From a virus (lineage: Duplodnaviria > Caudoviricetes), in IMG/VR virus record IMGVR_UViG_3300012665_000478, positions 1-35,589 of that record: a DNA stretch of 35,589 bases; one strand, 5' to 3'. The position numbers were made by a program, and so were the translations under genes. Each line of letters starts with the position of its first letter. Positions within the stretch are counted from its first letter, which is position 1. This document shows positions 1 through 10,600 of the stretch, piece after piece. Below the pieces are notes generated by a model, which saw only the letters and a program-made list of their open reading frames with translations, was not told where the DNA came from and did not search any database.

Positions 1-1650
1 GCCGCAGGAACAGGTTATGCTGTAGGACAAACATTAAGAATTTTAGGAACTGCGCTGGGAGGCACTAGTCCGGCAAATGATTTAACTATTACTCTTTCAG
101 AAATGGCAACTTCTCCAGGAGATCCAACATCTATAGCCGCAATAACTGTTGCAGGTACTGCCGTTTCGACTAGAGCGGCACACAGCGAAGACGGTGTTAC
201 ATGGACCACCATTGCATTACCTAGCACAGCAGATTGGTCTGATATCGCATTCGGTAACGGATTATATGTGGCAGTGTCTAGTTCAGGCTCCAAGGCTGCA
301 TACACTAGAGATTTAGTAACATGGAACGAAAGTCTATTGCCGATAGGTGCTGTATCAAAGATAGCATATGGTCAAGGAGTATTCGTTGCAGTAGACAATA
401 CCAGCGGCACAGCATATACCACAGAGGACGGCATTACTTGGGTTGAGCGAGCTGTCACAGACAGTGCATATACTGCGTTGAAATTTGGTTTAGATAATAC
501 CGGTACAGGTAGATTCTTAACGGCCGCAGGACAGAACGTGGGTAGTTCTATTAGTGCAGGTGCAAGGACAAAGGGCCGTGCAGGAGTTGCGTCGGGTCGT
601 ATTAGATCTGTAATCTTGTTTGAACCAGGTTCAGGGTATTCATCTGCACCTTTATTAGAGTTTACTGATCCTAACATTACGTTAACTGCTACAACTTTGA
701 ATAGAATTAGTAACGGAACACTGGCGAACCCAACATTTATCAACAGAGGACAAGATTATAATTCAAATTCTACTGTTGTTATTATTAACGGCGGCGGCTA
801 TGCAGATACATTCCAAGTGGGCTTAACATTGATAGTTAAAGAGTTAACCAGTTTGCCGGCACCTGGAGATAACTTAGTTATCGATGGTAATCCTACAATT
901 TACAAAGTTACTAATGCAACTGCGGTGTTTGGAACAACTGCTCCAAACATCAAAGCAAATATTCAAACAGCACCAGAAATGAGTACTGCAAAAAGCCCAG
1001 CACATGATGCAGTAGTAACTATTCGTCAAAAGTACAGTCAAGCTCGACTAACTGGCCATGACTTCTTAAGTGTTGGTTACGGAAACTTTGTTCAAACAAA
1101 CTATCCTGAAGTTCCAGAAGAAACAGTACTGGCTCCACAGGACCAAGCAGTTGAAGTTAACTTCGGACGTGTATTTTATACCAGTACAGACCAGGATGGT
1201 AACTTTAAGGTTGGCGGATTATTTGCTGTTGAACAAGCAACCGGTATTATTACACTGAGCGCCAGCCAATTTGGATTACAGGGATTGGAAACATTGAGCT
1301 TGGGCGGTATTGCAGTAGGTGGATCTAGTGTGGTTGTTAGACAATTCAGTACTGATGACACGTTTGTGGCCAACAGTAACGAGATTATTCCAACACAGCG
1401 AGCAGTTAAGGCTTATTTGTCCAACAGATTAAGCCAGGGTGGATCTAACACATTTACTGGACAGTTGATTGCTGGTACAGTTTTAGTTGGTGGTCCAGAT
1501 AAAATTAGCAGTACCATTCCTGAAGGAGTAGCAGGATCAGTAGTGAACATGCCAACACCAGTTAGAGTGCAAGGTCAATTTGCTGGTTGGGATGGTGACG
1601 GAATGGCATTGTATTACTTCTTAAAACAGGCAAACCGCCGAGGATTTTAA
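1..1650 (+). CDS. Large virion structural protein, C-terminal part (5'-truncated); paralogue of the 3231-aa protein
   Basis: Frame is open from base 1 (AAGTGYAVGQTLRILGTALGGTSPANDL...), so the ATG at 103 is internal. Has propeller-type repeats (WSDIAFGNGLYVAV, SEDGVTW, TEDGITW) and a C-terminal block (KYSQARLTGHDFL...GRVFYTSTDQDGNF...PTQRAVKAY) shared with the next gene. Confidence 0.8.
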   Translation, partial: AAGTGYAVGQTLRILGTALGGTSPANDLTITLSEMATSPGDPTSIAAITVAGTAVSTRAAHSEDGVTWTTIALPSTADWSDIAFGNGLYVAVSSSGSKAAYTRDLVTWNESLLPIGAVSKIAYGQGVFVAVDNTSGTAYTTEDGITWVERAVTDSAYTALKFGLDNTGTGRFLTAAGQNVGSSISAGARTKGRAGVASGRIRSVILFEPGSGYSSAPLLEFTDPNITLTATTLNRISNGTLANPTFINRGQDYNSNSTVVIINGGGYADTFQVGLTLIVKELTSLPAPGDNLVIDGNPTIYKVTNATAVFGTTAPNIKANIQTAPEMSTAKSPAHDAVVTIRQKYSQARLTGHDFLSVGYGNFVQTNYPEVPEETVLAPQDQAVEVNFGRVFYTSTDQDGNFKVGGLFAVEQATGIITLSASQFGLQGLETLSLGGIAVGGSSVVVRQFSTDDTFVANSNEIIPTQRAVKAYLSNRLSQGGSNTFTGQLIAGTVLVGGPDKISSTIPEGVAGSVVNMPTPVRVQGQFAGWDGDGMALYYFLKQANRRGF

Positions 1651-1666
1651 TGGAAGTTTACATCAT

Positions 1667-1674
1667 GATAAATA
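1667..1674 (+). promoter_or_regulatory. T4-type late promoter box (GATAAATA)
   Basis: One mismatch to TATAAATA; intergenic, upstream of a GGAG RBS and the ATG at 1698; the same core recurs before other genes in the window. Confidence 0.65.
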
Positions 1675-1697
1675 ACATATACGGATGGAGTATTTAA

Positions 1698-4600
1698 ATG
1701 GCAGAATTTAAATTAGGTCGAATTAGACTAGTTTGGCAAGGGGATTGGAACGATGCAACAACTTACGTTGTTGATGACGTAGTGAGGGTCGGCGGTAACA
1801 GTTACATCTGTGTTAAAAATCACACATCATCCGCTCTGTTTGAAACAGACTTAAATTTTAATCCTACTTACTGGAATATAGTAGCGGCTGGTCTAGAGTG
1901 GCGCGGTGATTGGGCCACTAGTACATATTACAATGTGGGCGATCAAGTCAAATATGGTGGCGTAGTTTACATTTGTAAAGACGCACATACTTCTGCCGCA
2001 ACTGCATTATTAGGCCTAGAAACAGATCAAGGCAAGTGGGATACATTGGCCGCTAGTTTGTTCTGGAGACAAGACTGGGCAGTAGACACAAGATATCGTG
2101 TAAACGATTTAGTAGTCTACGGTGGCATCACTTATGTTTGTAATGCTTACCATACTTCAGCAGCCACCGAAGCGTTAGGCTTAGAAGATGATCAAAGTAA
2201 ATGGGACGAATTTAATCAAGGATTTGTTTACTTAGGTGTATGGACTGATGCAGTTAGATATCGTGAAAACGACATTGTAAAATACGGTGCTGGTACATGG
2301 ATTTGTACTACACATCACACTTCGACAACAAGTTTTGACGGAACCAAGTGGGAAGCATTCGTAGAAGGTCTACAATTTGAAGATTCTTGGAGCATTGCTT
2401 CTGTTTATCAACAAGGCGATATAGTAACTTACGGTGGTTATTCTTATATTGCAAAACAAAATCACGTAGGCGAAAATCCAAGTACAGCAACGGCTTACTG
2501 GGACGTTTATACTACAGGATTTAACTTCAGCGGCGACTGGAGTTCAGTAACAGATTATCAAGTAGGTGATGTAGTAAGAGTAGGCGGATATACCTATGTG
2601 TCTATTCTTGACAGCACAGACGAAGTCCCACCAAATGCAACATACTGGAGCAGATTAAATTCAGGACTACGTTGGTCAAATCCAACTGTGGCCTATACAG
2701 CAGTTGCCAGTTCTGCAATTACTGGATCTGGTATTGGTGCAACTTTTGATGTAACACGCTCAGGCACACGATACAGTGTTGCTATTAACGACGGCGGCGG
2801 CAGTTATGTTGTTGGAAATACTTTAAGAATTCTTGGAACCGCAGTAGGCGGTTTAAGTCCAGTCAACGACATCATTGTAACAGTAGACACTGCGGCAGCG
2901 GGAGTAATAACTGACGTTACACAAACAGGTAATTCAGTAACATGGACTAGTGGCACAGTATATGTACTAGGCGATATGGTATTCTGGGCGGCCAGCACTT
3001 ATATTTGCGTAGACGGACATACTGCCGGACTAGGAAATCGTCCAGATAACGATACCACAGGCATTTACTGGAACTTATTGGCAGCAGGATCAGAATCATC
3101 TATCCTAACCACACAAGGCGACACATATTTTTATGGCGCAAACGGCCCATCACGTCTGCCATTAGGCACTGACGGTACTATATTACGTTCACGCAATGGT
3201 TATCCAGAGTGGGCATATTATGGCGTTATCAACAACATCGTATATGTTGCGCCAGAAGGTACTAACAGTACAGAAGCAGGTTGGGGATTAACCATTGACA
3301 AGCCATGGGGCAGTGTAAGATTTGCCTGCGAACAAGTTGAAAGCGGCTATTGGAATAGAAATGCTGTTCTTAACTTAACACGAAACAAACAGTTTATCAT
3401 GAAAGAAATAACTAACTGGGTAATTTATACCTATACAGTTAATATTTCTTCTAGCTCGGCTGTGACAAATGAATTTACATGTAACGATACAACGAATTTA
3501 TCAGTTAACATGCCAATCGAGTTCAGCGGAACTGTCGGTGGTGTGACTGCTGGTACACAGTATTTTGTCAGAGAAATTATCGACGGCACACATTTTACAA
3601 TTAGTAACACAGCAGGCGGAATCGCTAGAACACTAACCACAGCGACAGCCAATATGACTGGCACACTATCCTACGATCAAGCATTCTGCGAACGCGATGT
3701 TGGATTGTTAGTAGATGCATTGATTTATGACTTAGGACACGGCGGTAACGAAGAGTCTACTAAAGCCGCTAAAGCATATTATACACCATCAGGTTCTAGT
3801 TACATTAATGCAAATTTTGGACAACAAACAGCCCAAACTATTGCCGCATACGACTACCTTAAGGTATTAGCAGCCGCAGTAATTAATAACGGTACAGATT
3901 CATCGAACTATCAAGTTGCCAACGGAGTACCGTTGAACGAAAGAGCAGAACCAATTATCGATCCTAGCGTTGTGGCTGAAGCAAATTCTGCTGAAAGAGC
4001 ACAAGCGTTACTGACTATTGTAACTGACGGTATCGAGGCTGGCATTGTAACAGCAATTCCGTCCGCAGTATTTTCTAACACAACTATCAGCGTTAAGACA
4101 GGTACATTCTACGAAGTGTTGCCTATGGTTCTTCCTAAGAATACCGCAGTAGTAGGCGACGAATTACGTTCAACAGTTATTAGTCCACAGCCAGCCATCG
4201 CAAACTTAGCCAGCGATAAGCCAAAAACTATATCAGCACTGAATCGAATCAAGGCGCTGGCTACTGACTTAGTACAAAATACCACTATTACACCTACTTC
4301 AGGTAACACAGAAACACAAGATACTACATTGCCAGACGGCAGTGTTGGTAGTAGTGTTGCCGCAAGTCGTGTAGTAAGAAGTGCCAACGTTATCCATGAC
4401 GTACTCAACAACGGATTAACAGCAGTACCAACTGAGTTAATTACAGATCCAACAGATTGGGGTACTTCGTTAACTGATACAGCGTATGCAACCACAGGTA
4501 ATGCCACAGGGGATTCAACTGGTTATAACAACGCAAGAACACAACTGGCCAACAACTATGCGTTCATCAAAGCAGATGTCAGCAAGTATATTGAAAACAA

Positions 4601-7600
4601 CTATCCTGCTATTTGGTCAGCACTTGGTGCAACAGGACAGGCAAAATGCCAAAGAGATATTGGTTACATTTTAGATGCAATCAGATATGATATTACCTAC
4701 GGTGGCAATACACAAAGTTTAATTGCAGGTAGCTCTTATTATTCAGGATTAGATTTAACTATCGCGTCTACTGAGTTAACTGCCACATTGGCCGCGTACA
4801 CACATTTAAAGTCTATTATCACCACAGTGGCACAACGATTAAGTGTAACACCACAGTCTGGTAACGTGACATCGCAGTCACTAAGTGGAACTGGCGGGCC
4901 AGCAGTATCAGGTACATTCGCACAAGATCGTGTGGATGATATTTTAGATTGGATTAACACTGGCGTTAGCGGTGCAACTGTATTGCCTGCAACATCATGG
5001 GTCGATGCTAGTCTATTGGCCGGATACAATGAGCTACAAACTAGAAAAGCAGAAATTCAATCAGACGGATTAGCATACGTAAGAAAATTCTTCCAAGCAT
5101 TGAGCTTTGATGCAGATTTATGCTCACGTGATATCGGTTACATGGTAGATGCTATCAGTCGTGACGTCATGTTCGACAGCAATTTTGCTTCAGTTATTGC
5201 TGGTAGCAGTTATCACAGAGCATTAGGTTCTACAGCAATAGTGTTAGGACTACAAAAAGATGCTAGTTTAGGTCTAATTAAGTTCTTGAAATATAAGATT
5301 AAAGGTTTTGCAATCGGTGGAGCCGCAGAACAAGTTGCATCTATCGTTGATGATATTGTAGGCACTATTAACGGCGGAGCAACACCAAGATTTGCATGGC
5401 CTGATTACACTGGAGTAGACGCAGAAAACTTTGCAGCCGCTAAGAAAGTATGGGAAAACTCTGCATTCTTGCAAGCAGAAGTATTAGAGTATCTTGATGT
5501 AAACTATCCTGCAATCGAGTACAGTGAAGTGGCCTGTGCCAGAGACGTGGGATATATTGTAGATGCATTACGTTACGATATGACTTACGGCGGAAACTTT
5601 GCCAGTAAGCAAGCAGGTATTGCATATTACTCTAGATTGACTGGCGATTTACAAATCGATTCAGCAGACAAAACAGCAACACTGGCCGCTTACGGTCAAC
5701 TAAAGACTGCATTGCAAGCCATAGCACAGAATGGTGCATATAGCGCATTACAAGTTGTAGTTACACGAATTACAGGCAGTGCAGGAGATGCCGCAAGTGC
5801 TACTCGAGTAGGCGCATTGATGGATGTTATTACAAACATTATCAACACTGGCTTAACAACTGGCGTGCCACGTATTACAATTACTGCTATTGCTAGTGGT
5901 ACTACATTTACTAGCACTACACACGGACTAAGCGTAGGCGACGAAGTAATTGCACAGACAACTGCAAATGGTTTAGTAGCAGGAACAACATATTATGTTA
6001 AAACTGCGGGTGCATCTACATTTACTCTAGCGGCAACATACAATGGTACTGCATTGACCAGTTTCACAGACGGTACAGGCCTAAGTATTGCAGTAGAGTA
6101 CACAAATCTACCAGGCGTAAGTTGGGTAACTGCTAATTTAGTAAATCAAAATACTTTGTTATCGTCTAATAAGACATCTATACAAAACAAAGTAATTACT
6201 TACATTACTGAAAATTATCCTAACTTAAACTACAATTCAACAACATGCGCTCGTGATGTAGGTTACATTATTGACGCAATTCGTTACGACTTAATGATGA
6301 ACAGTAACTTCCGCTCAGTTAGAGCAGGTACAAGTTACTATCAAGCGCAAGCCAGTTTAGTATTATCGGATCAGAAACGTGCTACTCTTCAAGCATTTAG
6401 ATACATGAAGAAAGAAGTAGCAGATGTCATTGATAACAATCCGGATGCAGAAGCATACGTTAGAAAAATGATGTCCATCATTATCGACATTATCGATAAG
6501 GGTGTAGGAGAAACTCCAGAAGTAACTGGTACATTATCTTATAGGAACGACATTGGCATTATCAATGCCACAGAAATTTTAAGAAATAATCGTACATTCT
6601 TAGAAAACGAAGCAACTGCCTGGATTAAAACACAGTTTGGTGGTGTAGTAACATCTACAGATGACACCACAGACGAATTTACAACCAGCACATCGCATCG
6701 TTTAACAGTAGGTGATCCAGTACGCTTTACATCTGATGAAATTACTACATTAATCGAAGAAGTAGATTCAGGAACTAAAAACGTTACCCTTAGAACCACA
6801 ACTGGCGTAGTCGATAACATGCGATTTACAATTACTGGTACTGGTATTGGTATTTTAACAGCCGGCACTTATTACATACAAGACGTAATCGACTCGACTA
6901 CTGTTAGAATCAGTTCGAGTGTGGGCGGCCCAGCAATTGATCCAGGTACAGCAACCGGATTAGCCAGCGTTGCTATCGGCACAGCATGGGGCGGAATTAT
7001 CTACGACGTACAATATTATGTATTGTCTACTCCAACTACCACAACATTTACTATCGGTACTACTGCTGATGCAACAGTGCCAGTGGCATTATCAGCAGAC
7101 AGCGGATTTATGAACGCAGAATATGCGTTTGAGGAAGAGGCATGTAAGCGTGATATGAGAGAATATATCAATTCTATCATCTACGACTTGAACTGGCCTG
7201 GAAATTATCAATCTACTAGAAGCGCAGTACTATACAATAACGCAGTAAAAGGCTCTGAAATGAGCGACATGTTCTTGGTTAGTAACGCAAGCGGTTTACG
7301 TAACTGTACTCTACGTGGATTAGAAGGTGACTTGTCTGACGAAAATCAATACGGAACCAAGCGTCCGACAGCAGGTGCTTATGTGGCATTGAATCCAGGA
7401 TTTGGTCCAAACGACAGTAAGGTATGGGTAAGTACTCGTTCACACTATAGTCAGAACGTGTCTATGTTTGGTTATGGTTGTGTAGGTGCTAAAATTGACA
7501 GCTCGTTACACGCAGGTGGTAACAAGTCTATGGTTAAAAACGACTTTACTACAATTTTAGGCGATGGTATTGGTGTATGGTGTACGGGTGCTGACTCACT

Positions 7601-10600
7601 AACAGAGTTGGTGTCAGTGTTCGCATACTTCTCATACGCAGGATATATTGCAGAACTAGGCGGACGTATTCGTGCAACTAACGGTAACAGCTCGTATGGT
7701 GTGTACGGTGTTATTGCAGAAGGTGTTGACAGTCAAGAAACACCGTTGTATGCAAGACTAGATAACCGTGGAGCCGATGCTCAAATTACCAACACTGTTA
7801 CTGACGGTGTAATGGAAATATTACGATTTGAATACGGCAATGCTGGTACAAATTATACAAATACCGAGCACACTATTAACGGTTCTGGATTTAATGCCAC
7901 AGCAATCGGTGACGAATTCCGAGATGGAGCAATATTTGAAACTAGAATTATTGACCTAGATAACGGCGATGGCTTTGGCGGAACCAGTTACATTACAGCA
8001 GCCAACTCCGCGCAAACCGGTGACACTACTAACATTACTATTGCCGCTACTGATCAAGCATTGAGTGCGGCTTATGTTGGTGTACGTATTCAGATTACTG
8101 CTGGTACAGGTGTAGGACAGTATGCTAACATTCTAACATACCAGACTGGTAGTAAAATTGCAACAGTATACAAAGATAGTTTTACTTCTATCAATGCCAC
8201 AAATACCACAGCATCAACAAACGTAATTACTGTGGCTAGTACTGCGTCATTATATGCCGGCATGCCAATTTACTTTACAGGTACAACATTCGGCGGTGTA
8301 ACTGAAAATGCGTTGTATTATGTTAGAACTTCAGGATTGACAGCAACTCAATTTACAATCAGTACAACTGGTGCAGGCGGCACAGCCGTTACATTAAGCA
8401 CAGCATCGGGAACTATGGCAATACTAGCGGCAGGTTGGGATCATGTTATTCCAGGAACACCGATTGTTAGTGCATTAGATTTAACAACAACATATATCAT
8501 TGAGCCAAAAATTCAATATTCTGCTCCAGGGTATACTGCCACAGCACGTTCATTAGGCACAACTGCATCTTGGACTGATTTAGCATTCGGCGACAACAAA
8601 TATGTTGCTATTGCCAGCGGTCCATCTACTACAACAGCATTTTCTGCTAACGGAACATCGTGGGCTAGTGCTGGTGCAATGCCATCCAGTGCAAACTGGA
8701 GCGATGTAGTATACGGAGGCGGCGAAGGCGCAACGGCTACAATTATTGTAGGCGGGCAAGGCGGGCGTGGCGCAACTCTACAAGCAGTATTAGGAGTTCC
8801 TAATACTACTGGAGCGGCAACAGATGACCAAATAGCGAGTGTAACAATTATAGACGGTGGTGAAGGATTTGCAACTCCACCAGTTATTGTGTTTACACCG
8901 GTGAGCGGTGGATCTGGTGCAGTGGCAACTTGTACAGTTCTTAACGGCGCAATATCGACTATTACTGTAACAGTTCCAGGTTCTGGATATAATGCTGTGC
9001 CAACAGTAAGCGTTGCTACTGATAGAGTAACAGATATTGTGGTAAACAGTTGGGGCAGAAACTATTTTAGCGCACCTAGCGTAACTATAGATGATCCGTA
9101 CACAGGCTCTGCATGGAGTTCAGGCGGTTCAGTGACTGACGGCGATATAATTTATTTTACTAACACCACAGTTACACCTAATCGTAAAAATTGGTACGAA
9201 GTAACAGTTACAGGTACATTAACTACAACTGGACCAACACATACTTCAGGTACAACTACTAACGGTACAGCATCATTGCTATACATTGGTACAACAGCAG
9301 TGGCTACACCAAGTTTAACTAATGCAGGCGTAAGTAGTTTTGCTATTAACTATAACGGTCAAGGATATTCCACAGTACCTAATATTACAATATTAGATAC
9401 AGGTGCTCGTTACGTAGCAATTGCCGCTGGAACTACCAGCAATGCTTACACAACTAGAACTGGTATAGCAGGTACTAGTACATGGACTGCGGGTTCTGCA
9501 CTACCGGCTAGCGACTTTGCATCTATTGCTTACGGTAACGGTGTGTATGTAACAGTTGGCGGAACCGCAAGTGCGGCATCTAGCGTAACTGGTAGTTTAT
9601 GGTCTACAAGAACTATCCCAACACTGGGTTCAGGTACATATAGCCATGTAACATTCGGTAACGGAACATTCATAGCAATTAGTACAGGCAACGTAGCAAC
9701 GGCGATTTCTAGCAACGGTTCTTCATGGATTGCAGGTGGCAACTTGCCAACTAGTTCAACATGGAATGACGTTGTTTACGGCAACGGACGTTTTGTGGCA
9801 ATTGCTACAGGAACACGAAATGTTGCAGTGAGTTACGACAAAGGATTGACATGGGTACTGAGCGCAAGTCAATTGCCTAGTGCCGCTACTTGGACTAAGA
9901 TTAGATACGGACAAGGGTTATTCTTTGCAGTGGCTAGCGGAGGTACAACAGCAGCCACTAGCCCAGACGGAATTAACTGGACAGTACGTGCAATGCCAAG
10001 TTCTAGTAACTGGAATTCTGTGATATTCGGCAATATCAGCAAGCGTCCATTGTGGGTGGCAATATCAAATACATCTGGTACTGTAGCCGCAAGCATTAGA
10101 ACTGGAGCGCAGGCATTAGGCCGTGTTAAAGTATCCAGCGGTGTAGTCACAGAAGTTCGTATGATAGATCCAGGATCTGGTTATCCATACGGAACTGTAA
10201 GTGCTAGTACAGTAACTACAAACTTAATTACTGTAGACAACACAGTTAATCTAGTAGACGGCCAGCCAGTAGAATTCTACGGCACCAGTGCTGGTGGATT
10301 AGTTGAAGAAACTACTTACTACGTAATTGGTTCGACTATTACCAGCACACAATTTAAAGTTAGTGCTACACAATTTAGTTCAACTCCGGTTACATTAGAA
10401 ACTGCAACTATTTCTGGAATGACATATCGTGCGGCTCCGGTGTTCACTGTAACAGACCCTAACAAAGTTAAGGTTGCGGCATTTAGAGCTCGTCCAGGAG
10501 ATGGAGCATTAGGTAACCCAAGTTTCAGTAATAGAGGTGCAGATAACGCAACTGCAACCAGCGATACAGCAGGTGACGGATACAGCGATTTGTTCCAAGT

